From positions 18,307 to 82,306 of the forward strand of contig CAZCCH010000004.1 in the NCBI GenBank assembly GCA_964497315.1: 64,000 nucleotides of DNA, given 5' to 3'. Positions 38,975 through 49,214 of this stretch are shown here, piece after piece (positions within the stretch are counted from its first letter, which is position 1; each line of letters begins with the position of its first letter). Under the pieces are notes generated by a model. It was not told the DNA's origin and did not search any database. It saw nothing but the letters and a program-made list of their open reading frames with translations. The position numbers and the translations under genes were made by a program. This DNA is from an uncultured Planctomycetia bacterium. Its GTDB lineage: Bacteria > Omnitrophota > Gorgyraeia > Taenaricolales > CAZCCH01.

Positions 38975-40078
38975 TCAAATGGCTGATTTAAAAATATCCA
39001 GCATACGCTCTGCAGTTTTTTCCCAGGTAAACTCTCCAGCCCTCCTACGTCCTTTTTCTATCAATTGTTCCCTTAGGTCCTTGTCTACCAAAATGCATTC
39101 TATTGCATCAGCTATCTCGCTTGGTTTGTATGGATTAATTAGATAGGCAGCATCTCCTGCAATTTCAGGTAGACAAGACGCATTTGAACAAATAACTGGC
39201 AAGCTACAACTGAATGCTTCCAGTATAGGTAATCCTGCGCCTTCGTAAAAAGAAGGATAAATAAACATATCTGCCAAACAATAAAAAATCCCTACTTGAT
39301 CCCTAGGCACATACCCGGTGAAGATTACATCTTTAGCCAGACCACGTCTTTTCACAAAGGCAAAAACCTCATCATGCATCCAGCCCTTCATACCTACAAT
39401 CACAAGCTTATGCCTATTGGTCTTATTGTGCGACTTAAACAAAATGAATGCTTCAAGAAGGCCCTTAATGTTCTTCCTCGGTTCTATCGTGCCTACATAA
39501 AGTATATAGTCACCGTCTATATTGTATTTTTTTCTAACTAAATCTAAAGAGGCCTTATCAGTCCTTGTAGAAAGACTAAGTATTTCATCAACTCCGGGAT
39601 ACACAACCTCTATTTTGTCAGCTGCAACAGGATAGTGTGTAAGCAGCTCTTTACGTGAATAGTCTGCATCGACAATTATTTTGCATGCGCGCTCTAAAAA
39701 AACCTCTAGGTCTCTGTCTAATCTATCTATCGTATCCTGCGTATGTCCTTCTGGAAAAACCTTAGGTATTATATCGTGTATTGTACCTATTAATTTGGTG
39801 CTCTCATGCGGGAGCAGGTCAAAACTAGAAGTATGGTATAAATCGCACTCTTTGCCAATGCGGTTGCTAATAGGTTTCAGGTGATACACCTTATGTTTAA
39901 AATTCTTACTAGGCAGACAAGGTAGTTTCTTATTAAAGTTAAAAAATTTAATATAGCTAAAAAGTTGATATCTATTTAGCTTATCAATTTCACCGAGGGC
40001 ATTTATTAAATTCAGAGTATAATAGCCAATCCCTGTTTTTCTCTTCAGCGTTGGCCTTATATCAACACATATCTGCAT
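38975..40078 (-). CDS. GT4 glycosyltransferase (MtfB/WbpY-like)
   Basis: TGIGYY, TIHDIIP, YVGTIEPRKN, YPSFYEGAGLPILEAF, FTWEKTA. Confidence 0.9.
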   Translation of the reverse strand: MQICVDIRPTLKRKTGIGYYTLNLINALGEIDKLNRYQLFSYIKFFNFNKKLPCLPSKNFKHKVYHLKPISNRIGKECDLYHTSSFDLLPHESTKLIGTIHDIIPKVFPEGHTQDTIDRLDRDLEVFLERACKIIVDADYSRKELLTHYPVAADKIEVVYPGVDEILSLSTRTDKASLDLVRKKYNIDGDYILYVGTIEPRKNIKGLLEAFILFKSHNKTNRHKLVIVGMKGWMHDEVFAFVKRRGLAKDVIFTGYVPRDQVGIFYCLADMFIYPSFYEGAGLPILEAFSCSLPVICSNASCLPEIAGDAAYLINPYKPSEIADAIECILVDKDLREQLIEKGRRRAGEFTWEKTAERMLDIFKSAI

Positions 40079-40082
40079 ATTA

Positions 40083-41867
40083 TTACTTGGATATAATCTC
40101 TGTCATCCATCTGCAGGTTACATTTGCCTTTTCGCAACTATATAAAATTTCAGCTCTTGCCTCTTCTGTTAAGGAAGAAATAGCTACAATGATCTCAGCA
40201 ATTTTATATTTATTGGTAAGCTTAGCTATATCCTGCCTGCTGCCCAATATAGGTATCCCATGTATTTTCTTGTCAAATTTAGTTGGGTTATCATCCAAGA
40301 AACCAATAGGCTTGAGATTTAACACTTTATTGCGGCGCAATTCTCTTAAGAGAAGCTCACCGGCGTCACCAGCACCCATTATAAAAACATCTTTTTTGCC
40401 TTCTTTGGAAAAATTAACGAATACCTCGCTAAAAATTCTTAAAACTACTCTTATGCCAGAAACTGCCACAAGTAAAATCAACCAGTCAATAAAAAACAAT
40501 GCCCTGGAATAGCCCTGGAATCTAAAAAGAAGCACCAATGTCATAACTGACAAAACAGAACTCACAGTAACAGCTTTAAAAATAGCAATAAGGTCATAAA
40601 GTCCTGCATACTTCCAAACTCCCCTGTACAATCCAAAACGGAAAAAGGTAATAAGCCTTATGATGATTATTATCGGCAATGAATCCACAATAAGTTTAAG
40701 ATTTATACTAGAGATAATACCTTCAAACCTCAAAAGATAGGCGGAAATATAAGATAAGCATATTATTATCAAATCTACAAAAAATTCCAAAATTCTGCGC
40801 TTGTAATAGACCATACCGCTTAAAATTATCTTGTTATTCTGTCTTCTATTATTGGTTTTAGGTTCTTCGGAATATGCCTTGACGTCACTTAGAAAAAGCC
40901 CAAAAAACAAAAGTAGAATAATGCCTGAAACAATTAAAACCAGGCTAATTGCCAAATTTAATACGCCCTGTAAGAGCACGAGGGCAGTAAAGGCTGCACT
41001 TACAGCATACAGAGTCAACACGGCTCTTCTTTCTGACATACCTAAAACTACTAATCTATGTGAGGTATGATCTCTGCCGCCCCTGTAAATAGATCGACCG
41101 TTAGAAGAACGTGTCAATGCAACAAAGATTGTATCAAACACAGGAACTGCCAATACTAAAACCGGGATGGCCAGAGTGATAAGCAAGTTTGAAATATCTC
41201 TTGAAGATCCAAGCGCCGCACATGATGCCAGCATAAAACCCAAAAACATAGAACCGCAGTCTCCCATAAATATCTTGGCAGGATAAAAATTGTACAATAG
41301 AAATCCAAGGTTTGAAGCTAGTAAAAGAGCCGCGCATAGCGCAATTATATAGTCTCCGTTAAATCCATAATATAAAAATAGACCTGCTGATGCTATGGTA
41401 GCTATTCCAGCACAAAGACCGTCCATATTGTCTAATATATTGACTGCGTTCATAACTATTACAAACCAAAAGATCGTTACCGGAATGTTTATTAAGGGGT
41501 TGGCAATGATTTTGAAACTCATTCCCATCAAAACCATAGTACAAGCTATTATTACCTGAGTGGCTATTTTGGAATATGGAGTAATGTGAAATATATCATC
41601 AAATAAACCTAACCCAAAAGACATAACAGCGCCTAGGAGGAATGCATAAAAAATGTTATTTTTATCAGGAGTGAACAAGGCAAATGGTATAATAAATGCA
41701 AAAAATATTGCAATGCCACCATACAGAGCTGTTGGATGTTTGTGCCACCTGTCTTCTTTGGGCAAAGATAAGAAATTACACCGTACAGCCCATAATCTTA
41801 CGGCGGGCGTCAATAATAGCGACAAAAAGAGACTAATGCTAAATGCCTGTAGATATTTTTCTATCAT
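40083..41867 (-). CDS. Fusion: WecA/MraY-family polyprenyl-phosphate HexNAc-1-P transferase + PglF/CapD-like membrane and CoA-binding (Rossmann) domain
   Basis: GGIAIF, GLFDD, NAVNILDNMDGL, YNFYPAKIFMGDCGS, DHTSHRL; then GLYRGVWKY, IMGAGDAGE, IGFLDDNP.K, IIVAI. Confidence 0.85.
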   Translation of the reverse strand: MIEKYLQAFSISLFLSLLLTPAVRLWAVRCNFLSLPKEDRWHKHPTALYGGIAIFFAFIIPFALFTPDKNNIFYAFLLGAVMSFGLGLFDDIFHITPYSKIATQVIIACTMVLMGMSFKIIANPLINIPVTIFWFVIVMNAVNILDNMDGLCAGIATIASAGLFLYYGFNGDYIIALCAALLLASNLGFLLYNFYPAKIFMGDCGSMFLGFMLASCAALGSSRDISNLLITLAIPVLVLAVPVFDTIFVALTRSSNGRSIYRGGRDHTSHRLVVLGMSERRAVLTLYAVSAAFTALVLLQGVLNLAISLVLIVSGIILLLFFGLFLSDVKAYSEEPKTNNRRQNNKIILSGMVYYKRRILEFFVDLIIICLSYISAYLLRFEGIISSINLKLIVDSLPIIIIIRLITFFRFGLYRGVWKYAGLYDLIAIFKAVTVSSVLSVMTLVLLFRFQGYSRALFFIDWLILLVAVSGIRVVLRIFSEVFVNFSKEGKKDVFIMGAGDAGELLLRELRRNKVLNLKPIGFLDDNPTKFDKKIHGIPILGSRQDIAKLTNKYKIAEIIVAISSLTEEARAEILYSCEKANVTCRWMTEIISK

Positions 41868-42823
41868 CTTTTAAAATACTCAATTACTTTCATTGTAATC
41901 GCATCTAAATTTAAGGTTGGTTTATATCCGATGAGTCTTTTTATCTTATTAATATTAGGTGTGCGCCTCTGCATATCTTCAAAACCTATTCCGTAAGCTT
42001 TCTCATATGGTATATAAATAATTTCTGATTCGCTACTTGCCAACTTCTTTACCTTCTTGGCCAAATTCTTTATAGTAATCTCCTCTTCGCTGCCAATATT
42101 GAATACATCTCCAACTGCCTTAGGGTGTTCCATAAGTTTTATCACAGCACCTACTACATCTGATACATAGGTAAAACTTCTGCTTTGGTTGCCAGTCCCA
42201 TATACGGTAATGGGTTTATTTAAAAGTGCGCTCTGGACAAAATTCGGCAGGACCATGCCGTAGGCACCTGTCTGCCTGGGGCCTACTGTATTAAAAAATC
42301 TTGCCACTATCACAGGGAGTTTTTTCTCAATGTAGTATGCAAAGGCCAAAAATTCATCTAGGGTTTTAGAGCATGCATATGCCCATCTTCTTTTCCTGAC
42401 TGAACCCATAACTCTATTATCGTCTTCCTTCAAAGTATGCTGTAAGTGGTTTCCATAAATTTCTGAAGTAGAGGCAACAAGTACTTTCTTTTTGTATTTG
42501 TTGGCGAGCCTTAAGACAATTTCTGTACCGTTAACATTTGTCTCCAATGTTTCAATTGGCCTATCCATTATAAGCTTAACCCCAACAGCTGCTGCTAAAT
42601 GATAAATATGGCTACATTCGGAAACCAACCCTTCCATTAGCTTTTTATTCATTATTGTGTCTATATGATAAGAAAAATTCTTGTCTTTCATTAAGCTAGA
42701 AATATTATCTAAACTACCTGTAGATAAATTATCTACCGCAGAAACCTTGTGTCCGTTGGACAAAAGCCTTTCCGCTAAATGCGACCCGATAAAACCAGCT
42801 CCTCCCGTAATCAATATGTTCAT
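41864..42823 (-). CDS. Extended SDR NDP-sugar enzyme (UDP-glucuronate dehydrogenase/decarboxylase-like)
   Basis: TGGAGFIGSH, HLAAAVG, ASTSEIYG, RWAYACSK, RFFNTVGPRQ, QSRSFTYVSD. Confidence 0.85.
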   Translation of the reverse strand: MNILITGGAGFIGSHLAERLLSNGHKVSAVDNLSTGSLDNISSLMKDKNFSYHIDTIMNKKLMEGLVSECSHIYHLAAAVGVKLIMDRPIETLETNVNGTEIVLRLANKYKKKVLVASTSEIYGNHLQHTLKEDDNRVMGSVRKRRWAYACSKTLDEFLAFAYYIEKKLPVIVARFFNTVGPRQTGAYGMVLPNFVQSALLNKPITVYGTGNQSRSFTYVSDVVGAVIKLMEHPKAVGDVFNIGSEEEITIKNLAKKVKKLASSESEIIYIPYEKAYGIGFEDMQRRTPNINKIKRLIGYKPTLNLDAITMKVIEYFKR

Positions 42824-42825
42824 CT

Positions 42826-44001
42826 TTATGCAATCCCCTTTTCTTGTAATAATTTATTGTAAAGGTCTTCCATATTATTTATCAATTTATCCTTTGAAAA
42901 TTTATCTTTGACGATTTCACGACCGCGCATGCCAAAATCTATCCTTTTTTGTTCGTTGTTTAACAGCTCCTCAATGACTTTCGCAAACCCTTCAGAGTCT
43001 TCGGATTTCACTAAGATTGCTGTATTTCCATCTACAACAATATCTCTAGTGCCTCCCACATCAGTAGCTACTACAGGTTTGCCAGAGGCCTGGGCCTCTA
43101 TCAAACTTACTGGTGTTCCTTCATTAAGCGATGTTAGGCAAACTATATCTAAATCTGCATATATTACATCAAGGTCTCTTCTCCAACCCAAAAAGATTAC
43201 ATCATCAGCAAGGCCAATGGCCTTTGCGTATTCCTCCAGCTCCCTTCTCAGCTCACCGTCACCTACTATAATAAATTTGATTTTTAACTCTTCATTTCTA
43301 ATTTTCAATTCTCGTGCTGCGTCCAAGAACATCTTATGGCCCTTAATAGGCACTAAACGGCCTACTATACCTACTAAATAGCAATATTGTATTATATTTA
43401 GCTCATATCTTAGCTTGCCCTTGTGCTTCTCACATTTTAGGAACTTTTCTAAATCAAAACCCAAACGTATCACCTTGACTTTATCTGCAGGTGCAATTTT
43501 GTATTTGTTGCAAAGTTCTTCTTTTACTCTTTCTCCAACAGCGATTACTCTGTCAGTAAATCTGGCTAAAAATCTTTCTATCCAGATAAAACACTTTGTC
43601 TTTGCAGGGCTAAAATAACTATTGAATATATGCCCATGAAATGTGTGTACTTTCACTGGGACTCCTGCTAAAATTGCCGCACACCTACCCAATGTGCCTG
43701 CTTTAGCAGTATGGGTATGCACTATACAGGGTTTTTCCTTTTTAATCAAGTAAAATATCTTCCACAACCCCATAATGTCACCCAGCCACCTTATATCTCT
43801 GCCTAATCCTTCTATGACAACGGGGAAAATTTTTTCCTCGTGGGCAAGGTAAGAAATATCTCCCTCTTGTGAACCTATCTGCCCTGTAACTAAAACAGAT
43901 TCAAATTCCTTGCTTAATCCTTCTGTAAGCAAAATAGCATTTATGGCAGGACCTCCAATATTCAACCTTGCTATTATGCGCATTATCTTTATTGTCTTCA
44001 T
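42826..44001 (-). CDS. GT4 glycosyltransferase
   Basis: IARLNIGGP, VHTHTAKAG, HTFHGH, VGRLVPIKG, SLNEGTPVSLIEA, ATDVGG. Confidence 0.92.
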   Translation of the reverse strand: MKTIKIMRIIARLNIGGPAINAILLTEGLSKEFESVLVTGQIGSQEGDISYLAHEEKIFPVVIEGLGRDIRWLGDIMGLWKIFYLIKKEKPCIVHTHTAKAGTLGRCAAILAGVPVKVHTFHGHIFNSYFSPAKTKCFIWIERFLARFTDRVIAVGERVKEELCNKYKIAPADKVKVIRLGFDLEKFLKCEKHKGKLRYELNIIQYCYLVGIVGRLVPIKGHKMFLDAARELKIRNEELKIKFIIVGDGELRRELEEYAKAIGLADDVIFLGWRRDLDVIYADLDIVCLTSLNEGTPVSLIEAQASGKPVVATDVGGTRDIVVDGNTAILVKSEDSEGFAKVIEELLNNEQKRIDFGMRGREIVKDKFSKDKLINNMEDLYNKLLQEKGIA

Positions 44002-45014
44002 ATGACAATATCATTCAGCTTTATCGCTAATCCGTTTTGCCTCAAGGATTCTTGTGCAGCTTCAATAATTTGTACCACCTTAAGGCCATTTATTCCATCG
44101 CTACGCGGCTTGGTGTCTTTACTAAGGCAATCTATAAAATGTTGACATTCTAGTCGTAAAGGTTCAATCATGTCCACGTGGGGTATTTTAACATCGCCAA
44201 ACCGTAATGCAAGATAATCTCCATATGTTTCAAAGTCTCTTTTTTCCACGCCTTTGTCATATATCTTTATTTTACTCGAGGTCTCCATATCATCAAATAC
44301 CACCATCTTTTTGCTGCCAACTATTGTGGTCTTTCGTACCTTATGGGGATCAAGCCAACTCAGCTGTACATGTGCCATTTTTCTATCTTTGTAGTGCAAA
44401 GAGGCAAAAACTACGTCTTCTACTCCTCTTTGAAGGTAAGATTGTCCCCGGGCACTTACATTGTCAGGTATTTCTCCTAGGAGATAATTAATTACAGATA
44501 TATCGTGTGGTGCGAGGCTCCAAAGTGCGTTCTCCTTCTGTCTAACTTGTCCCAAATTTACTCTTTGAGAATAAATATAATACACATCTCCTATTTGACC
44601 TGAAGCTATGAGGTCCTTAATCATTATTAGCGCAGGATGATAGAGCAACAAATGTCCTGTCATTAAAATACATCTTTTCTCTTTTGCAAGCTCAACTAGT
44701 TTATTAGCTTCTTTAGTGCTCAAGGCCAAGGGTTTCTCAACAAACAAATGCTTACCCGTCAAAATGCTATCTTTGGCTATTGTATAATGTGTTTCTGCAG
44801 GGGTGGAAATTACCAAGGCATCTACAGTTGAATCTTCTAAAATCTCCTCTAGTTTACAAGTAGATTTTATAGCAGGATAAGAAAACTCCACCCAAGAAGT
44901 CCTTTCCTTATCAATATCACAACAATACTTCACTTCACAGTCGCTAAGTCCAGTAAATATTCTTAGTAAGTTTTTACCCCAATTTCCTATACCAACACAG
45001 GCAATCTTTACCAT
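43998..45014 (-). CDS. Gfo/Idh/MocA oxidoreductase (second paralog)
   Basis: VGIGNWG, ISTPAETH, FVEKPL, WSLAPHDIS, SWLDPHK. Confidence 0.9.
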   Translation of the reverse strand: MVKIACVGIGNWGKNLLRIFTGLSDCEVKYCCDIDKERTSWVEFSYPAIKSTCKLEEILEDSTVDALVISTPAETHYTIAKDSILTGKHLFVEKPLALSTKEANKLVELAKEKRCILMTGHLLLYHPALIMIKDLIASGQIGDVYYIYSQRVNLGQVRQKENALWSLAPHDISVINYLLGEIPDNVSARGQSYLQRGVEDVVFASLHYKDRKMAHVQLSWLDPHKVRKTTIVGSKKMVVFDDMETSSKIKIYDKGVEKRDFETYGDYLALRFGDVKIPHVDMIEPLRLECQHFIDCLSKDTKPRSDGINGLKVVQIIEAAQESLRQNGLAIKLNDIVI

Positions 45015-45018
45015 TCGG

Positions 45019-46962
45019 CTATATTCCCTTCGTCAATAAGTTCCTTCTCTTGTCTCTATCAATGAATATCCTGTGCCAAAGTTCGAGATTTAATAAACTC
45101 CATATCTTAGCACCATTATTAACCTTGCCGCTGACATGTACATCTAAAATTTCTTTTATCTTATCTTTCCTGAAATATCCTCGACTCATTGCCTTCGAAT
45201 CCAGTAAAACATCATACGCATAATCTTTTAGTTCGTCCCTAAACCATCTTCCAACCGGAACGCCAAAACCCAATTTTTCTCTTCTTAAGATACTGTCAGG
45301 TAATATTTTTTGGAAGGCTTTCTTTAGGATATATTTAGTAACAATACCTTTGATCTTTAGACGTGAAGGTAGTTGAGCGCTGAATTCCAAAAACTTATGA
45401 TCTAAAAATGGCGATCGCGCCTCAAGTGAATTAGCCATTGAGGTTATGTCTACCTTAGGCAACAAATCCCCAGGCATATAGGTCATTAAATCAACATAAA
45501 GTGTTGAATCTATTAAATCCTTTACGCCTGATTTCTGATATTCTTTCGATATAACTCGGGGCCTTTCATTTTTACCTATTTCTTCTCTTAAGCGATCGGA
45601 ATAAATTTCCATTCTTTTATTTTCACTAAAAATGGCCATGAGTTTTGAATATCTACTTTCTCTATTCAGATTGGATATACTTAAAAACCTTTTTATTCTG
45701 TTTATTTTATCCTTTTTATGCATTGATTCCGGTATATTTTTTATAATTTTTCCAAATAGGTTATTAGCAATGACTGATGGAATTCTATAATGTTCCGCCA
45801 TCAGATTAGCAACATAGCGCTCATACCCCCCGAAGGATTCATCTCCGCCATCACCATTTAAAGCCACGGTTACATCCTGACGTGTCATTTTGGAAAGATA
45901 GTATGTCGGAATAGCTGACGAATCTCCATATGGCTCGCCAAAGCGTGTAATTAGTTCTGGCAATACTTCTAATGCATTTGGCTTTACTATAAACTCTTTA
46001 TGCTCTGTGTTAAATTCTTTAGCAACTATTCTGGCAAACTTGGTCTCATCAAAAGTCTTACCTTCAAATCCTATCGAAAAAGTCTTTACCGGTTTATTCA
46101 TAAATTGAGCCATCAATGCCACGACAGAACTTGAGTCTACGCCCCCACTTAAAAAGGCCCCTAAGGGAACATCACTTATAAGCCTAATCCTTAAGGCTTC
46201 TTTAAATAAATCTAATGTCCTTTCACAATATTCATCTTTCTTCAAATTTAGTTTTTTTGAGTAATCCAATTTCCAGTATCTATTTAATTTTACTTCTCCA
46301 TTCTTCCACATTAAAAAATAAGCTGGAGGCAATTTCTTAATCTCTTTAAATATACTATGCGGTGCTGGAATATATTGATAATTTAAAAAATCGTCTATAC
46401 TAGCTAAATCAATATCTTTTCTTACGTTTCTATCCTGCAATAATGCGTTTATCTCAGATGCGAAAGTCAAATTACCGTTCTTGAAGGAATAAAATAGTGG
46501 TTTTTGCCCCACCCTGTCCCTGGCAAGCATAAGACTTTTTCTTTCTTGATCCCAGATCGCAAATGCAAACATCCCTCTTAAATATTTCAGGCAATCTGTA
46601 CTCCTGGACTCATAAAGATGTATGATAACTTCGGTATCTGTGTGCGATTTAAATTGATGCCCCTCCCTTACCAACATCTCACGAAGTTCCTGAAAATTAT
46701 ATATCTCACCATTCATTACTATCCAGATAGTCCCTTTTTCGTTACTCATTGGTTGATGGCCCGCAGAAGACAAATCAATAATACTTAATCTTCTATGTCC
46801 CAAACCAACCCTGCTTGCTAATGAATGGTCTCCGACCTCTGAAAGATAAATACCTTCATCATCGGGTCCTCTATGCGCCATAGCAGAAGACATTTTGCCT
46901 ATTAACTCTTCATTTACAATATTTTCAGTTCCTATATTAATTTTTCCGCATATACCGCACAT
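45019..46962 (-). CDS. asnB: Asparagine synthase (glutamine-hydrolysing)-like glycan amidotransferase
   Basis: MCGICG, HRGPD, LGHRRLSIID, NGEIYN, FLSGGVDSS, GDGGDE, SLEARSPFLD. Confidence 0.92.
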   Translation of the reverse strand: MCGICGKINIGTENIVNEELIGKMSSAMAHRGPDDEGIYLSEVGDHSLASRVGLGHRRLSIIDLSSAGHQPMSNEKGTIWIVMNGEIYNFQELREMLVREGHQFKSHTDTEVIIHLYESRSTDCLKYLRGMFAFAIWDQERKSLMLARDRVGQKPLFYSFKNGNLTFASEINALLQDRNVRKDIDLASIDDFLNYQYIPAPHSIFKEIKKLPPAYFLMWKNGEVKLNRYWKLDYSKKLNLKKDEYCERTLDLFKEALRIRLISDVPLGAFLSGGVDSSSVVALMAQFMNKPVKTFSIGFEGKTFDETKFARIVAKEFNTEHKEFIVKPNALEVLPELITRFGEPYGDSSAIPTYYLSKMTRQDVTVALNGDGGDESFGGYERYVANLMAEHYRIPSVIANNLFGKIIKNIPESMHKKDKINRIKRFLSISNLNRESRYSKLMAIFSENKRMEIYSDRLREEIGKNERPRVISKEYQKSGVKDLIDSTLYVDLMTYMPGDLLPKVDITSMANSLEARSPFLDHKFLEFSAQLPSRLKIKGIVTKYILKKAFQKILPDSILRREKLGFGVPVGRWFRDELKDYAYDVLLDSKAMSRGYFRKDKIKEILDVHVSGKVNNGAKIWSLLNLELWHRIFIDRDKRRNLLTKGI

Positions 46963-46996
46963 TTATAAAATGACCTATTGTTTAAAAACCTTTTTT

Positions 46997-48442
46997 CTAT
47001 TTGCTTAGCAAGGTGTATTTAAAAAGCGACAAAAATCCTTTGAGGCTGGCGAAAAAATTGCCCAAATTTCGCATTCTTAACAGATGGTGAAATATTATTT
47101 TTGGCCGCATATAAAACCTTTTAAAAGCTAACCTGTTATATTTCACTAAAATATCCTCGGTTAAACCAAAAGGAATAAATGTCGGTTTTTTATGCATGTG
47201 TAGTTCTGACCATTCAAGATTTGAAGACCCGTATTTGTTAATCTCGCTATGAATTTGTGATCCTGGAAACGGTGCCAAATAATTTATTTTAAAATCATCC
47301 AATTCTAGTTTTAACGCAAAATTAACTGAATCCTGTAAATCTTTTTCTGTTTCTGTTGGAAGCCCCATCATAAAAAAACCTATCGTCTTAATACCCACCT
47401 TGCGAGTTAAGCTAACGGCGTTTTCAATCTGCTGTAAACTTATTTTTTTATTTATCGCATTAAGAACCTCTTGCGAACCACTTTCTATGCCATAGCGTAT
47501 TTGCCAGCATCCTGCTCTCTTCATTATCCGCAGAAGACCTTCATCTGCATCATCCACTCTCCCTAAGCACGACCATGAAATATCCAGTTTTTCCTTTAAA
47601 ATCCTGCTGCATACATTTTTAACGTGATTTTTATCTAACATAAACTCATCGTCATTAATACGTATGTCCCGAATTCCATATCTAAAAATTAGATCCTTCA
47701 TCATTTCAATAATATATTCAGGGCTGTGTTTTCTGTACCTATTGCCAAATACACTTCTATCGCAAAATGTACATTTAAAACTACAACCTCGAGACGTAAC
47801 CAAGGAAAACGAAGGAAATCTATTGACAGCATACCCCGTAGGTTTATAGTGTTTTCTTATATCAGGTAAAAGATTCCATGCTGGCATTGGTAAAGAATCC
47901 AAGTCCGAGATTAAATTGTTTCTCTCGGTTTGAAAAATATTTCCGTCACGCCTAAACACTATTCCTCTTATACTTGATAAGTCATTTCCATTTTCTAGGC
48001 TTTTAAGGAGTCTAATAATCGTGTCCTCGCCTTCTCCTATAATACCCACATCAAAACATTCGTATTTTGCAAAAGTTTGTTCTGGCTCAGCTGTTATGTG
48101 GCTACCGCCTATCAAAATCTTTAGACTTGGATTACTGTTTTTTAAAATGCTTGCCAGCTTAGCAGCATTATCGACAGCTAATGATACAGCAGTAAACCCA
48201 ACATAATCTGGCTTCTTGCTTGCAATAATATTGGCTGCTTCATTAAGAGATAAATTTAGAGCTGGCATATCTACTATTTCTGTAGCTAGACCTTCACTTT
48301 TCGTAATTGCAGCCAGATAGCATATACCTAAAAGGGCCTCGGTGCTACCCCCGCCAGCCAGCTCTCCATACAATTCCTCCTGGGATATTATAGGGCTTAC
48401 AAAAACTATTTTTGGTTTTTTAAAATTTCTTGAATTATCCAT
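46997..48442 (-). CDS. B12-binding-domain radical SAM protein
   Basis: LGICYLAA, VGFTAVS, IGGSHIT, GEGE, TSRGCSFKCTFC, GIESGSQ, PFPGS. Confidence 0.92.
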   Translation of the reverse strand: MDNSRNFKKPKIVFVSPIISQEELYGELAGGGSTEALLGICYLAAITKSEGLATEIVDMPALNLSLNEAANIIASKKPDYVGFTAVSLAVDNAAKLASILKNSNPSLKILIGGSHITAEPEQTFAKYECFDVGIIGEGEDTIIRLLKSLENGNDLSSIRGIVFRRDGNIFQTERNNLISDLDSLPMPAWNLLPDIRKHYKPTGYAVNRFPSFSLVTSRGCSFKCTFCDRSVFGNRYRKHSPEYIIEMMKDLIFRYGIRDIRINDDEFMLDKNHVKNVCSRILKEKLDISWSCLGRVDDADEGLLRIMKRAGCWQIRYGIESGSQEVLNAINKKISLQQIENAVSLTRKVGIKTIGFFMMGLPTETEKDLQDSVNFALKLELDDFKINYLAPFPGSQIHSEINKYGSSNLEWSELHMHKKPTFIPFGLTEDILVKYNRLAFKRFYMRPKIIFHHLLRMRNLGNFFASLKGFLSLFKYTLLSK

Positions 48443-48443
48443 G

Positions 48444-49211
48444 TTACTTTTTTTTGAAGCTGATCGTTACTCCCCAACTTTCATGTTTTATTATAGGAAT
48501 ATGCGAAAATATTGAATCAATAAATATCAATATCCGAGATACAATAGTGTTGAATGCAATGTATCGCATAACAGGAATAAAATCTGGTAGGCCACATAAA
48601 GGAAATGCTAAAAACCCAAATTTTTTCACCCTTACTTTCTCAAATCCATATTTTTTGAATTTATCAATAATTTTTTTTGTAAAAAATGACTTGTGATGGC
48701 CTGAAATCTTTCTCGATCGCCTCCTGTAATACCACCTAGGAAGACGCAATAGCCAAGAATCTGCACAAGGCTCTGAAATAACAAAAAAGCCACCGGGAAT
48801 GAGAATTCTATGCACCTCTTTAATTACGCTTTCGGTTCTTGCTGTGTGGTGCAATGACCCTCTGCACACAACTACCTCAATTGTATTATCTTTGATTGGC
48901 AAAGTTTCCATATCCATGTTAACTAGCTTGTGTTTTTGTCTTGCATTCATTAGCATATCTAAAGATAGGTCTAGCCCATAAATCCTTTTAAATCTATGAT
49001 TACTTGACAAAAAATTGAGTAAAATTCCAGTTCCACAGCCACAATCAATGGCAATTTCACAAAACTTTTTCGGAAGAAAACTAATAATCTCTTTATTCCA
49101 ATGTTCGTGGTAGATCTTTGAAAATTCCAGCTCTTCTCTTAACCGGTAATCACTGGTTAACCTTTTATGGGTCAATATTTCTTCTTTTTTCTCAATGCAC
49201 AATTTTTCCAT
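48444..49211 (-). CDS. Class I SAM-dependent methyltransferase
   Basis: IDCGCGTG, GLDLS..ML, DMETLP, GSLHH, RILIPGG. Confidence 0.85.
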   Translation of the reverse strand: MEKLCIEKKEEILTHKRLTSDYRLREELEFSKIYHEHWNKEIISFLPKKFCEIAIDCGCGTGILLNFLSSNHRFKRIYGLDLSLDMLMNARQKHKLVNMDMETLPIKDNTIEVVVCRGSLHHTARTESVIKEVHRILIPGGFFVISEPCADSWLLRLPRWYYRRRSRKISGHHKSFFTKKIIDKFKKYGFEKVRVKKFGFLAFPLCGLPDFIPVMRYIAFNTIVSRILIFIDSIFSHIPIIKHESWGVTISFKKK

Positions 49212-49214
49212 CTT

